Shown: positions 20,414-31,206, numbered from the stretch's first letter. The stretch is 64,000 nt of DNA from an uncultured Actinomycetota bacterium (GCA_963848185.1 CAWKCR010000022.1:102019-166018), one strand, 5' to 3'. Program-made: numbers and translations. Notes: a model not told the origin generated them from the letters alone.

Positions 20414-23038
20414 TCACTTCGAGCCAGCGATTTCGATCACCCTGTTCACCCCGGCATCCCAGCGATCGTACAACTGGTCTGACTCGGCCATTTCCGTCAT
20501 CGCCAGCAGCACCGCGACCTCGTCGCCGGCGGCCAGGCCGTCCGCCACTCGCCCAAACCCCACGATGAACCAGTCGATCAGCGCGATCCCATCGGCGTGC
20601 ACCGCCTCTATCGTCGGAGACTGAAACCGGACCGTCTCCAATTCCGTCTTCAGAGCAGTTAGCGGCTCGATCGCGTCGGAGCGGACGCGCTGGCTCGCGG
20701 TCGACGGATCCTCATTCATGAACTGCAAGATCGCCTGCAATTCGGTGTAAGCCAGGATCACGCCCTCGCGAGTTTGTTTCCCTGGGCCATTTAGGTATTG
20801 GGTTGCCATCATGCTTTCGGGAGCCTGCGGCCGCAGATCTCCGACCACGACATCGCTTTCCCTGAATGGAGAGGCGTTCGCGGTCGCGGCGACGGCGATG
20901 GAACACATTGTGATCGCTGACAACGCCGCGGCAGCGGCCGTCCAGGCCACGCCGCAGTCAAGAATCCGAGGGATCAGGGCGAGTGGGGCGACCAAGGCGA
21001 CCAGCGTGAAAGACAGGCCGACCAAGTCCGACGTCAACGGCGCAAGAACCGAGACGTTGTTGGGCACATTGGCTTCGACGGCGTTGATGGTGACGAAGCC
21101 GACCATGAACGTGCCGATTGCGACGGGCCCGGCGAGCGCTGCGAGCGCGAGCCCCCGACGAGGGACGCATATGATCAACGCAAGTGCCGCCGCCGCGCCC
21201 GCGGTAGCGCCCGACCACATCGTCACGTCGACGAGGCTGAATACACGGGTTTCATCGAGCTCGTTCGGCGCCGAGTTTCGATACACCCCGTAAGGGATGA
21301 TCGCGCACATCCCGCACACCAACCCGACGATTAGCGGCCGGGCGATCGTCACGCCGGCGGTCGGCCAGGACACCCCGAAGGACCTGTCGAAGAGCCATGC
21401 CGGCGCCACCGTGCTGCCTCGCGCGAAAACAACTGCAGCAGTAATGAACACAGCAGCAGCGGCCGCCGCCAAGAGCACATAGGGCGTGTCTGCCTGACCC
21501 ATGAGAAAGTGTCGGGTAAACCCCCAATTTCCGACATCGAGAGTCAATTGGAGGCTGTCGGAGAGATGCAGAGCCGCGCAGTACACCAGGCTTGCGATCA
21601 CGACGCCCGGCATCCACGCCCAGCGCGGCGACCGTAAGCGCCAGACCGCGTCGGCCGACACCTCCGCCAGGCTGTACACGAGCGCGGTGGCGGCGAGACC
21701 GGCGACGACGTGAATCATCAGCCACAGCGGCTGGCCAAGCCCGCCGCTCAGCCCTGTCGTGGTGTTCGCCAGTGAGGCCAGCTGCCCGAGCGCCAGGCCG
21801 GCGGCCACGCCCGTCGCCGCTATCCACGGACTAGGTCGTATCCCCATCGCGCGGTCGACGACCACCGCCCGCCACAGTCCGAGGCCGACCGTGCAACCGA
21901 GCAGTAGTCCACAGATCCCCGGAGCCACAAGCGATTGATGCGCTGCGAATGCACGACCGGTGGACAGCGCCGTCGCGATGCTTTCGATGAGGGGCATCGC
22001 CGAGGCGGCGAGAAACGCAGGCACGAGCCCGTCGAGAAATTTCACCGCCGCCGCGCGATCGGGACGGGTCAATACGTCGGCGCGGGCCGCCGGCGTCGGG
22101 TGATAGGCCGTCAGCCGTCGCCACCACGATTGTGAAGGGGCGCGCACCGAGCTGACCAGAGCGATCATCGTGTCCGGCTCATCCATCACGGTCGCCGCGC
22201 GAAGGTCCGCGTCGTGCTCACGCGAGCGGAGAAGCGCGATGGCGATGACCCACACCGTGACCATGAGAATCACTGCGCGCCAGGCATAATCGCGAACCAG
22301 GCTGAAGTCGTTGCTTACGATGCCGGCTATGACCGGTAGCGTCAGAAGCGGAACCACAGCGTACATGGCGCCGCGGGTCAGCCATGAGAATCCGACATCG
22401 CGATTGCGCAGGTGGGCCAGCTCATGCAACGCGAGCGGATCAAACAGGTTGCGGCGGTTCCACTTGACAGCGACGGCGGGTGGTAGTGCGATCTTGTGAC
22501 GACGGGGCCAGCCATAACTGAACGCGTCACGCTGCTTGGCGCCGCCCAGCATCACCGTCGGCGGATATCGAAGTCCGGCACAGTCTGCGAGCTCATGGAC
22601 GCGGCCAGCCGCTGCCGGCAGCTTAGCGGCGACCGGTTGTAACCGCCTGCGCCATTCGATGATTGGCGGCGCGAGAAACAGCACGGCCGCCCCTAAGAGC
22701 ATCACCAGGGCGGCGCCGCCGAGCGCGTACGCGGCCCGCAGATGCTGGGCGCCGGCGTAGCACTCGGATGCAGCGTCGTTGATGGCGATCTCTTCACTGG
22801 CCGTGGTGATTGAGGATGTGTAATCCGCCTGTGCGTAACAGTTTTCGATGGTCATCACGTACTGCTCGCGGTGCAGGAAGCTGTGCAGCCAGTCGCCGAT
22901 GAAGAGCCCAGCCGCCAGCATCGCCGCCAGGATGACGACGAACCGGATTGTCGTGGGGGACGGGAACGCATGCAGCGCGACTCGTGGGGCCCCCGGAGTG
23001 GGGGATCGGGGCGGCGACGCGCTACCGGCGACGGTCAC
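20414..23038 (-). CDS. M48-family Zn metalloprotease with a large multi-TM C-terminal region
   Basis: HELAH motif, REHDAD third-ligand motif, HP....R, many TM helices. Confidence 0.85.
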   Translation of the reverse strand: MTVAGSASPPRSPTPGAPRVALHAFPSPTTIRFVVILAAMLAAGLFIGDWLHSFLHREQYVMTIENCYAQADYTSSITTASEEIAINDAASECYAGAQHLRAAYALGGAALVMLLGAAVLFLAPPIIEWRRRLQPVAAKLPAAAGRVHELADCAGLRYPPTVMLGGAKQRDAFSYGWPRRHKIALPPAVAVKWNRRNLFDPLALHELAHLRNRDVGFSWLTRGAMYAVVPLLTLPVIAGIVSNDFSLVRDYAWRAVILMVTVWVIAIALLRSREHDADLRAATVMDEPDTMIALVSSVRAPSQSWWRRLTAYHPTPAARADVLTRPDRAAAVKFLDGLVPAFLAASAMPLIESIATALSTGRAFAAHQSLVAPGICGLLLGCTVGLGLWRAVVVDRAMGIRPSPWIAATGVAAGLALGQLASLANTTTGLSGGLGQPLWLMIHVVAGLAATALVYSLAEVSADAVWRLRSPRWAWMPGVVIASLVYCAALHLSDSLQLTLDVGNWGFTRHFLMGQADTPYVLLAAAAAAVFITAAVVFARGSTVAPAWLFDRSFGVSWPTAGVTIARPLIVGLVCGMCAIIPYGVYRNSAPNELDETRVFSLVDVTMWSGATAGAAAALALIICVPRRGLALAALAGPVAIGTFMVGFVTINAVEANVPNNVSVLAPLTSDLVGLSFTLVALVAPLALIPRILDCGVAWTAAAAALSAITMCSIAVAATANASPFRESDVVVGDLRPQAPESMMATQYLNGPGKQTREGVILAYTELQAILQFMNEDPSTASQRVRSDAIEPLTALKTELETVRFQSPTIEAVHADGIALIDWFIVGFGRVADGLAAGDEVAVLLAMTEMAESDQLYDRWDAGVNRVIEIAGSK

Positions 23039-23044
23039 GGTGCG

Positions 23045-23545
23045 TCACCCTGCCGTGACCAATGCGCCCGCCGTCGAGTCGGCGATGAGTCCGGCCCGTG
23101 CCGGCTCCAACCCGATGGCCAGCGCCTGCTGGTATGCGACGGCACGAACCTGCTTGGCCTGGTCGGCGGTTAGTGCGACTTTCGGGGCTGCGGGCTTCTC
23201 ATTTTTCTTGTCTCCGTGCCGAAACAGTCCGCGTAGGTACGACAGCACCGATGGCGACGCCTCCTTGATTGCCGCCTCGATAGCGTTGTTGGCGAGCCAC
23301 TGCAGGACTGTCCCGGCGACCGAGATCACCACGGGAGTGATCATCGCGAGTTCCAGACCGAACCCGAGCGCCTCCTCGCGACGCTTGGGATTCAACAACG
23401 CCTGCGGATCCGCGTAATACTCCTCGGCCGTCTCGGGGTAGAGGGCGAGTTCCTCGGGGGCTACCTCGTTGAGGACCAAATGGGCGAGTTCGTCAGTCAA
23501 CGCCCGCATGGATTGATCGTCGACAGGGGTCGGCTGAGATGTCAT
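23045..23545 (-). CDS. Small partner protein of the M48 protease
   Basis: VAPEEL...LGFG motif protein 6 bp upstream of the protease; GGGAG RBS. Confidence 0.75.
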   Translation of the reverse strand: MTSQPTPVDDQSMRALTDELAHLVLNEVAPEELALYPETAEEYYADPQALLNPKRREEALGFGLELAMITPVVISVAGTVLQWLANNAIEAAIKEASPSVLSYLRGLFRHGDKKNEKPAAPKVALTADQAKQVRAVAYQQALAIGLEPARAGLIADSTAGALVTAG

Positions 23546-23603
23546 CGCTGGCTCCCTTCGCTCATGTACCGAGCCAGTCAACGCCCGTACGGCCCCTTTG
23601 ACA

Positions 23604-23621
23604 TGCGTATCGCGCTACTCG
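23604..23621. promoter_or_regulatory. Island palindrome copy 1
   Basis: TGCGTA-TCGCGC-TACTCG, 58 bp upstream of the partner/M48 operon. Confidence 0.65.
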
Positions 23622-23772
23622 TTAACGTTCGCAACCTGCTGCAGGGAGCCCTGAGCGCTACTTGACCGAGCGCCCTCGCAAATATGCCTCAACTAGTGGA
23701 TGGTGGACGTATGACCTCGCCACCTCCAGCACCGGGCAGCGCCGCAGATGCCCGACTTCTACTCGGTTAAAT

Positions 23773-24480
23773 GTGGCGATCCAGGAGCAACTCCTCGCCG
23801 CCGTCGATGGCCGGCGTGGGGTAGAGGCCGCTGACCGCCTGTGCGAGGCCTGCGTGCTGCTCTTCGACGTTGACGCCGCGGCCATTTCGCTGGTCTTCGA
23901 CGGCGCCAACACCGGCACGCTGGGATCCAGCGGTGCACCCGCACGGACATATGACGAACTGCAGTTCATCCTCGGCGAGGGGCCATGCCTGGAATCCGTC
24001 ACGAGGCGGACTCCGGTTCTCGTGGTCGACCTGGCCGACCCCAATGAGGCTCGGTGGCCCGCCTACGGCCCCGCCATGCTGTACCACCAGATCCGAGGCG
24101 TTTACGCGATGCCCGTGGTCGTGGCCGGTGAATACGTCGGCGCGCTGGATCTGTTCCGCGCGCAACCGGGCCAACTCGGGGGCGAACAACTGTCCGGCGC
24201 AATCACCGCCGCAGAACTGGCGGGCATCCCGCTGCTGGACCTGCTCGACGCCGACCTGCAGGCCGGCGCCGGCGATCCGGACAGCAACGCCTGGACCGAA
24301 CTCAACGCGCTCAGCCGCGTGGAGGTCAGCCAGGCCACCGGCATGCTGGTCGCGCAACTGGGCGTCGACCCCGCCGAGGCCCTGGTGCGATTGCGCGCCC
24401 ACGCCTACTCCACCGGCCGCAGCGCTACCGACGTCGCCCGCGACATCCTCGACCGGCGATTGAAGCTGGAGGCCGACTAA
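23773..24480 (+). CDS. GAF and ANTAR domain protein
   Basis: DELQFILGEGPC (GAF), VSQATGMLVAQL...ALVRLRAHAY (ANTAR). Confidence 0.9.
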   Translation: MAIQEQLLAAVDGRRGVEAADRLCEACVLLFDVDAAAISLVFDGANTGTLGSSGAPARTYDELQFILGEGPCLESVTRRTPVLVVDLADPNEARWPAYGPAMLYHQIRGVYAMPVVVAGEYVGALDLFRAQPGQLGGEQLSGAITAAELAGIPLLDLLDADLQAGAGDPDSNAWTELNALSRVEVSQATGMLVAQLGVDPAEALVRLRAHAYSTGRSATDVARDILDRRLKLEAD

Positions 24481-24516
24481 TGCGCGCCAGACGACAGCAC
24501 CAGGACGGAGTGTGAG

Positions 24517-25275
24517 ATGACCGATGCCCCTCGTGAAACCCGTGTGCTTGACGCGGTCGTGACGCTCGTCGACAGCCTGCTCTACGACTTCGACGTGGTC
24601 GACCTGCTGACCGAGCTCACCGAGCGCTGCGCCCAACTTCTGGATATCGAGTCCGCCGGGTTCCTGCTCGCCGATCCGCTCGACCAGCTCCGGTTATTGG
24701 CCGCGACGTCCGAGCAGGCCCGCGAACTAGAACTCTTCCAGTTACAGGCCGACGAAGGGCCCTGCGTCGAGTGCTATGCCACCGGCCAACCCGTCTCCGT
24801 CGCCGATCTGGCGGCCGTCACCGAGCGCTGGCCGCGGTTCGTCCCCGCCGCGCTGGAGGCCGGCTTCGCTTCCGTGCACGCGGTTCCGATGCGCGCCGCC
24901 GGCATCGTCTTGGGCGCGCTCGGCTTGTTCGGCACCCGCCCGGGCGAACTCAGCCAGGCCGACCTACTCGTCGGCCAGACTCTCGCCCACATCGCGTGCG
25001 TGGCGATCCTCCAGGAACACGCGCCCACGCCCTCGACGGTGATGCCGCAACTGCGCGCCGCGCTGGCCAGCCGCGTCGTCGTCGAGCAGGCCAAGGGCTT
25101 TCTGCGCGAAACCCTCGACGTCTCCGTAGAGGAGGCTTTCACGCTGCTGCGGACCTACGCGCGCGTCGGCGGCGACCATCTGACCGAGGTCGCTCGGCGG
25201 CTCATGACCGATCGGTATGCCCGCCCGGTATTGCTGGCGGACATCGCCGACCTCGCGGCGGCCCGCCCGAAATAA
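24517..25275 (+). CDS. GAF and ANTAR domain protein
   Basis: LELFQLQADEGPC, SRVVVEQAKG...EEAFTLLR. Confidence 0.92.
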   Translation: MTDAPRETRVLDAVVTLVDSLLYDFDVVDLLTELTERCAQLLDIESAGFLLADPLDQLRLLAATSEQARELELFQLQADEGPCVECYATGQPVSVADLAAVTERWPRFVPAALEAGFASVHAVPMRAAGIVLGALGLFGTRPGELSQADLLVGQTLAHIACVAILQEHAPTPSTVMPQLRAALASRVVVEQAKGFLRETLDVSVEEAFTLLRTYARVGGDHLTEVARRLMTDRYARPVLLADIADLAAARPK

Positions 25276-25279
25276 CGGC

Positions 25280-26089
25280 TCACGGCTGACGATTACGCGC
25301 ACGTGCGCGCCGCGCGGCCTCCTCCACCAGCCGCTCGGCAACGACGTACAGCTTGGTGTTCTCGGTCTGACTGAGTCGGGTGAGCCGTTCGAAGGCCTGC
25401 TCCGCAGTGGCACCCGACCGGCTGCGGATGATGCCGATCGCCTGATCGATCACCGCCCGGCTGTCCAGCGCACGCTGCAGTTGTCTGGTCCGCTCTTGGG
25501 CCCCGGCCAGCAGCTGCGCGTTGTACACCGAGACGGCCGCGGGCCCGGCGAACTGTGAACCCAGCTGCACGGCGTGCTCGCCGAACGCGTCGCGGCCGCG
25601 GGCATAGGCGTTGATCGCGCCGATCAGCTGATCGCCCACCATCAGCGGCAGCGACAGTGCGGAATGCACGGCCATCCGGGCCACCCGCCCGCCGAAATGC
25701 GGCCACCGACTGTCACTGCCCAGCGATCCACTCACGGTCGGCCGCCGCGACTGCATACACGTGAAGCACGGTCCCTCGTCGAACTCCTCGTACTGGACCG
25801 TGTCGATCTCGTGGACGAAAACCGCCGTGGCCGCCCACGTCTGGACGCTCGGTATGCCTTCGCGTGGGTCGATCAGCGCGACGCCCGCACCGTCTACGCC
25901 CGGAATGGCTTGGGCGGCGAACTCCGCCACATCGCCGAGCAGATCGATCAACCCGCGGGCGCCGGCCACGATCCCCGCCACTCCCTTCAGCCCGGCATAC
26001 AGATCGATCTCGTCCGCCTCCAGTTGTGCAGACGACAGGTCGGGCTGTGGTGGCGCTTCGCGACCCAGCTGGGCGTCGTAGTCAGCCAT
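25280..26089 (-). CDS. GAF and ANTAR domain protein
   Basis: QYEEFDEGPC, SRAVIDQAIGI...AFERL...SQ..N.KL. Confidence 0.92.
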   Translation of the reverse strand: MADYDAQLGREAPPQPDLSSAQLEADEIDLYAGLKGVAGIVAGARGLIDLLGDVAEFAAQAIPGVDGAGVALIDPREGIPSVQTWAATAVFVHEIDTVQYEEFDEGPCFTCMQSRRPTVSGSLGSDSRWPHFGGRVARMAVHSALSLPLMVGDQLIGAINAYARGRDAFGEHAVQLGSQFAGPAAVSVYNAQLLAGAQERTRQLQRALDSRAVIDQAIGIIRSRSGATAEQAFERLTRLSQTENTKLYVVAERLVEEAARRARARNRQP

Positions 26090-26140
26090 GGTGAACGAAA
26101 ATCTACTCGCCGCAAGGGCGCAGATTGTCGTTCCCGACGG

Positions 26141-27775
26141 TCAATTCACGAGCGCCAGCGCGTGGGCGCGCCGCAGCTTTCCCGACGGGGTCTTCGGGAT
26201 CATCCCGGGCGCGAGGACGACCACGTTGCGGGGCCGGACATCGACCTCGGCGAACACCTCGTGCGCCACCTGATGCTGGATGCGGCGCACCTCGGCGGGA
26301 TTCTCGTACTCCTTGCACTCCACCGCGACCGCGAAGGTCTCCCGCGAGTGCCCGGCGTCGAGCCGCACCGCCACGGCACAGCCTGGCCGGACGCCCTGCA
26401 CCCGGGAGGCCGCGCGTTCGATGTCGGTCGGATAGATGTTGCGGCCGGCCATGATGATGACGTCCTTGAGCCGGCCGCACACCACCACGTTGCCCGTCTC
26501 CGTGAGGTAGCCCAGGTCGCCGGTGTCATACCAGCCCCGCTCGTCCTGTGCGGGGATGAATCCAGCCGCCGTGGTGTAGCCCCTGGTCACCGGTTCACCG
26601 CGCACCTCGATGACGCCGACGCCGCGTGGCGGCAGCAGGCTGCCGTCCTCGTCGACGACGCGCACCTCCAGGCCGTTCAGCGGCTGGCCGAGCGACACCA
26701 GTCGCCGGGTGTGTCCCTTGGTCGCCGGGACGGCGCGGTGCAGGACGGCCAGCAGGTCGGCGTCCACCTCGTCGACGACCATGCCGCCGTCGCACTCGGA
26801 GAACGACACCGCCACCGTCGTCTCGGCCATGCCGTAGGCAGGGATGATCGCCTCGGGCCGCAGCCCGAACGGCGCCCCGGCGTCGCACAGATCCTCGACG
26901 TCGAGGGGGTCGACCTGCTCGGCGCCGGACAACGCCCACCGCAGCGACGACAGGTCGTACTCGCCGGGGGTGGCCTGCCTGCGTAACCGCTTGGCGAACA
27001 GGTTGTAGGCGAAGTTCGGCGCGGCCGTCATGGTGCCCTTGTATTTGTCAATCAGCTTGGCCCACAGCAACGTATCGCGCAGGAAGTCCATCGGTGTGAT
27101 CTTGACCAGCTCGGCGCCGTAATACATCGGCACGGTCAGATAGCCCGTCATGCCCATGTCGTGGAAGCACGGCAGCCAGCTCACGATCACGTCGGTGTCG
27201 ATGTCGAAGTTGCAGCCGATGATCATCGCCTCGGCGTTGGCCACGAAGTTGTGGTGGGTGATCTGGACGGCCTTGGGCGAGCCGGTGGAGCCGGACGTCA
27301 GCTGCATGAGCGCCACGTCGTCCTCGTCGGTGTCGACGGGGTCGATCGGTCGGCCGTCAAGTAAGTGTTCGATGGTCAGCACCCGCATACCCAGCTCGGA
27401 GAGCAGCGGTGCCGCGGGCATGAACGGATCCGAGACGACGACTGCTGTGGCGGCGATCATGTTGATGACCGCGGTGGTCTCCTCGGCCCAGCGCTGCAGA
27501 TCGGTGCGCGGGGTGGGCTGATGCAGCATGGTCACGCTGGCGCCGCGCATCCAGATGCCCTGCGCGGTCGGGGCGATCTCGACGGGGGCGCCGGCCAGCA
27601 CAGCGACGGCGTCGCCATGTCCGACGCCGGATGCGGCCAGTCCACCCGCGACCTGGCGGGCCCGCTGATGCACTTCCGCCCAGGTATGGCGGACGGGGGC
27701 GTCGGGCTCCCCGGTGGTCATGCCCTTGAGGCTCCACCGGGCGTTGATGAACATCGTCTCGGTAAATCGGCTCAC
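26141..27775 (-). CDS. Fatty acyl-AMP ligase
   Basis: [44 protein letters not shown]. Confidence 0.92.
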   Translation of the reverse strand: MSRFTETMFINARWSLKGMTTGEPDAPVRHTWAEVHQRARQVAGGLAASGVGHGDAVAVLAGAPVEIAPTAQGIWMRGASVTMLHQPTPRTDLQRWAEETTAVINMIAATAVVVSDPFMPAAPLLSELGMRVLTIEHLLDGRPIDPVDTDEDDVALMQLTSGSTGSPKAVQITHHNFVANAEAMIIGCNFDIDTDVIVSWLPCFHDMGMTGYLTVPMYYGAELVKITPMDFLRDTLLWAKLIDKYKGTMTAAPNFAYNLFAKRLRRQATPGEYDLSSLRWALSGAEQVDPLDVEDLCDAGAPFGLRPEAIIPAYGMAETTVAVSFSECDGGMVVDEVDADLLAVLHRAVPATKGHTRRLVSLGQPLNGLEVRVVDEDGSLLPPRGVGVIEVRGEPVTRGYTTAAGFIPAQDERGWYDTGDLGYLTETGNVVVCGRLKDVIIMAGRNIYPTDIERAASRVQGVRPGCAVAVRLDAGHSRETFAVAVECKEYENPAEVRRIQHQVAHEVFAEVDVRPRNVVVLAPGMIPKTPSGKLRRAHALALVN

Positions 27776-28341
27776 AACAATCCCTTTGGCTTTGGCGCGA
27801 CCACGCCGCGTGTGTTAGTCGAATTCGGTGTTGTGTCGGGAACCTGGCGCGAGATTTCGGGCGCGCCGACACCGTGGGAGCCGCTGGGGTTCGACCGTCG
27901 CCCGCCCCTTCTGGCCGACGGTGACTGCGGAAGTGCGTGACCCCTTTTTATTCGCCCTAGATAGTCCGTCGTTCCGATCGAATCGAGGTGCCGAGCATGC
28001 CAGACCCACTGACTGTACAGACTCGACGTCCATCGAGCGCCGCACCGCGCCGATGTCGGCGACGGTCGCCTCTGAACCTGCAGGCACGGAACCCCTCGGT
28101 CCGAGCGCGCAACCGTGATCTGTCGGCTTACGTCTGTGTTAAATCCCACTCGGCGGGGAGTTCAGATCGCCGCCGTGACGTTTCCGGAAGGCTGGAGAGT
28201 CAACCGGATATGACGGTACCGTGCAGGCGCGCGCTATCCAAGAATTGGCGCGAATCTCGCTTAGGTGTCGTCCCCGCGAAACGCGCGTCAATAATGCAGA
28301 GGGAGTGAAAAACATTCGACTGCAACGAATTCCACGCCTAG

Positions 28342-28953
28342 TCACGGCCGGCGGTACGGCGGCTTTCCGCGAAACCCGTTGAGCAGTGACCTGACACCCA
28401 GCTTCCACCGCCGCTCGATCGCCGGTGCCGAGGTTCCCAGCCAGCGTCCCGCCTCCTGCACCGCCAAACCCTGTGCCAGAGCGAGCAATACGTGCGCAAT
28501 GTCGGTTGGATCCCCGGACACGAGCCCCGCGTCGATGCACCGCTGAATCCGGCCGACGAACACCTCCCGCACCGACGCCCCCGCCGCCACCTCCTCGGGC
28601 CCCGGCTCGAAATCCGCGAACGGCCTCGAGAACATCACCTGCGCCAGCCTCGGATATGCCCGGCAGAACAACCGGAACACCGGCACCAGCCGCTCCAGAT
28701 CCGCTAACGGATCGTCGGTCTCCGGAACCTTAGCCAGCTCCCCACCCAGCAGCCGGAAGCCCTCGAAGAACATCGCCCGCACCAGGCCGGCCTTGTCGTC
28801 GAACAGCTCGTACACCGCCGGCACCGACGTGCCCGCCCGCTCGGCCACCCGTCGCGTGGTGAACCGCGCGATGCCCTCCTCGGACAGCGTCGCGATCGCG
28901 ACCTCGAGCAAATGGTCCCTCAGTTCGGGCGTGCGCTGTTTCGCCCTAGGCAT
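28342..28953 (-). CDS. TetR family regulator
   Basis: N-terminal HTH TTRRVAERAGTSVPAVYELF. Confidence 0.92.
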   Translation of the reverse strand: MPRAKQRTPELRDHLLEVAIATLSEEGIARFTTRRVAERAGTSVPAVYELFDDKAGLVRAMFFEGFRLLGGELAKVPETDDPLADLERLVPVFRLFCRAYPRLAQVMFSRPFADFEPGPEEVAAGASVREVFVGRIQRCIDAGLVSGDPTDIAHVLLALAQGLAVQEAGRWLGTSAPAIERRWKLGVRSLLNGFRGKPPYRRP

Positions 28954-28962
28954 CTCAGCGAC

Positions 28963-29664
28963 CTAGCGAAGCGTGAATTCCGTTGCCAGCCCGTCGATTC
29001 CGGCCCGGATCGCCTTCAACGCAGAATCCCGCGCCTTCAACTTGGTCGCCAGGTGCGCGCCCGCATGCAGCGTCGACGCCGCCTCGGTCGCCACCTCCTG
29101 TGCCCGCGCCAGCACCTTGTCGGCCTCCACGATCTCGTCGAGCCAGCCGCCCGCGATCGCCTCATCGCCGACGAACGTCGCCGCCATCGAGGTACCGCGC
29201 TGGAACGCCGCCGGCGTCAGCCGCAGCCGCATGATCTCGATCGCCGAGATCGGGATCGTCATCCCGATCGCCACCTCGATGGCCTGGCACCGAGAGTTCG
29301 GTGCCCCGACCCGGTGGTCGCCGCTCAGCAGCAGGAAGGACCCCATCGCGATCGCCGGACCCGTCGCCGCCATGATCACCGGCTTCGGAAACGTCAAACA
29401 CCGGACCGACAGCTCGAACCCGCCGGCCAGCATGCCCAGCGCTGCGGCCGCGTCGCCCGACTGGAAGACCGCGAGGTCGAACCCGCCGCTGAAGACCCGC
29501 TGGTTCCCCGCCAGGACGACCGCCTTGGCCTCGTCCTTCTCGGCGCGGTCGAGCGCCTCGTTGATCGCGGTCTGCATCGCCGGGCCCAGCACGTTGACCT
29601 TGCCGTCGTCGAGCGTGATCGTCGCGACGGACTCATTGAGCTCGTAGTTCACCGAAGTGCTCAT
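28963..29664 (-). CDS. echA3: Enoyl-CoA hydratase EchA3
   Basis: DDGKVN, FSGGFDL, PKPVIMA.TG.AIAMG; resembles Rv0632c and sits in the same synteny. Confidence 0.88.
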   Translation of the reverse strand: MSTSVNYELNESVATITLDDGKVNVLGPAMQTAINEALDRAEKDEAKAVVLAGNQRVFSGGFDLAVFQSGDAAAALGMLAGGFELSVRCLTFPKPVIMAATGPAIAMGSFLLLSGDHRVGAPNSRCQAIEVAIGMTIPISAIEIMRLRLTPAAFQRGTSMAATFVGDEAIAGGWLDEIVEADKVLARAQEVATEAASTLHAGAHLATKLKARDSALKAIRAGIDGLATEFTLR

Positions 29665-29673
29665 GCGTACCGA

Positions 29674-29693
29674 TGTTACGTAACACCGTTACG
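29674..29693. promoter_or_regulatory. Putative TetR operator overlapping the echA3 promoter
   Basis: Perfect palindrome TGTTACGTAACA overlapping CGTAAC-ACC-GTTACG, about 10 bp upstream of the ATG. Confidence 0.7.
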
Positions 29694-29710
29694 AAAGCCA
29701 AGGACCTGTA

Positions 29711-30526
29711 TCAGACCAGGTCGCGGCGGTGCCGTCCGTTGATCACGGTCGTGTGGGCCTCGTCGAACTCCACGTTGTTGGTCGGTGCGTTGTACTGGGC
29801 GCGATAGCGCTCCCGCACTTCGTCGGCGGCCGACCGGACCCGATTGATCTCTGCGCGCAGGACCTCCTCGCGGTTCTCGCTCGCCGCGTAGTGGAAGTAG
29901 GTCAGCAGGCTGCGCAGCAGTTCCAGTTTTTGCTTCTCTTGCCGGGCCAGGTCGTGGGTGGTCAGCAGCTCCAGGCGCTCCACCGGGTGCAGCGTCGCCC
30001 AGTCCAGAACCGCCGTGGACCGGAACTGGTTCCTGCTCTGCTTTGCTCCCCGGCCATTCTTGGGCTGGTCGTAATAGCTCACCGCGCCGTCGAAGCGTGA
30101 TGCGATGGCCTCACCCAACTCTCGGCGATCGAGTGCGGAATCCCACACGATCCGCCATTCCTGCGACGGCGCCAAGTACGGGATCTCCGCGGGCAGGTTC
30201 AGCGGCGCGATGTCGACGTAGCGGTCCTCGTACGCGCTTTCGTACTTGCCGACCGTGGGCGGGTTGGCAAACTCGAACCGGATCCCATACGCCGGCGTGC
30301 GCCCAAAGTTCTTGACCACGAGCTCGACGAGGTGCCAGTCGTTCGCGCTGGGCTCCATGAACATCGCGACGTTGGGTCGCATCAGCTCGTCGGTCTGCAG
30401 CTTGGCGCGCTGATACTGACGCCAGGCGTACAGCAAAGCCGCGATCCCCACGATGACTGCCAGCCAGGCCGCCAGCGCGGTCCACGCGCCGGGGGAGACG
30501 TTGGCCAGGTCTTCGAACCAGTCCAC
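29711..30526 (-). CDS. Conserved mycobacterial membrane-anchored protein (Rv0633c-like)
   Basis: N-terminal TM, RPNVAMFMEP, EKQKLELLRSLLTYFHYA; synteny with echA3. Confidence 0.85.
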   Translation of the reverse strand: MDWFEDLANVSPGAWTALAAWLAVIVGIAALLYAWRQYQRAKLQTDELMRPNVAMFMEPSANDWHLVELVVKNFGRTPAYGIRFEFANPPTVGKYESAYEDRYVDIAPLNLPAEIPYLAPSQEWRIVWDSALDRRELGEAIASRFDGAVSYYDQPKNGRGAKQSRNQFRSTAVLDWATLHPVERLELLTTHDLARQEKQKLELLRSLLTYFHYAASENREEVLRAEINRVRSAADEVRERYRAQYNAPTNNVEFDEAHTTVINGRHRRDLV

Positions 30527-30687
30527 GCCCCGCAGTAAATCACGGTCCGATCACGACAGCATTCGCCAGCCCACGCCGACCCGCATTTGCTGGGGCAGCG
30601 CTGCCTGGGTGGGAAAGTAGAGACTGGAGTGCCTCACGAGACTGACGACGAATCGCCTGTTGCCGACGTGGGCCATTTAACCGCCAG

Positions 30688-31206
30688 CTACGGTCCCGCG
30701 AACGGCACCCGCAACACCTGCCCGACCTGGATCAGGTCCGGGTCGTTGATCGTGTCCCGGTTGGCGATGAACAGCCGCGGCCACAGGTTCGCGTCACCGT
30801 ATGCGGACTCGGCGATGCCCGACAGCGTGTCGCCGGCAACCACCTTGTGCGCCTGGAATCCCGCGTACGACGCACCCAGCAGCACCCGCCCGAACGTCAC
30901 CGGCACGGTGACGCGGAAGTCGTTCTGCGGCAGCCCGCTCGGGTTGTCGGCCTCGACGGTCAGCACACCCTCGGGCGTCGCCGGCGCACCCACCTGAACC
31001 GAGAACTCGAACAGGGTGAACAGGAATCCGCTGCCCGGCACGAACATCGGCGAGACCTTCGCCAGCACGGTGCCGTTCTTGTCCTTGAGCACCGCCGTGC
31101 CGAGCACCCCCTCGTTGGCCCGGCCGAGACCGGACAGGACGAAACCGTCCCCGACGATGTCGAAGGGTTGAGGGCTCCGCACCGTGATGCGCGCGAAATT
31201 GGCCAT
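30688..31206 (-). CDS. Ig-like (Gmad2-like) domain plus C-terminal LysM protein
   Basis: VVAGDTLSGIAE..YG...LWPRLFIAN...PDLIQVGQVLRVP; AGGAG RBS; no signal peptide. Confidence 0.85.
   Translation of the reverse strand: MANFARITVRSPQPFDIVGDGFVLSGLGRANEGVLGTAVLKDKNGTVLAKVSPMFVPGSGFLFTLFEFSVQVGAPATPEGVLTVEADNPSGLPQNDFRVTVPVTFGRVLLGASYAGFQAHKVVAGDTLSGIAESAYGDANLWPRLFIANRDTINDPDLIQVGQVLRVPFAGP

Noticed and set aside
26098-26109. TACTCG half-sites at 26104 and 23760, and GCACTACCCG at ~53979
   Set aside because: No matching second half-site at the right spacing, or inside a CDS, so not counted as regulon sites.
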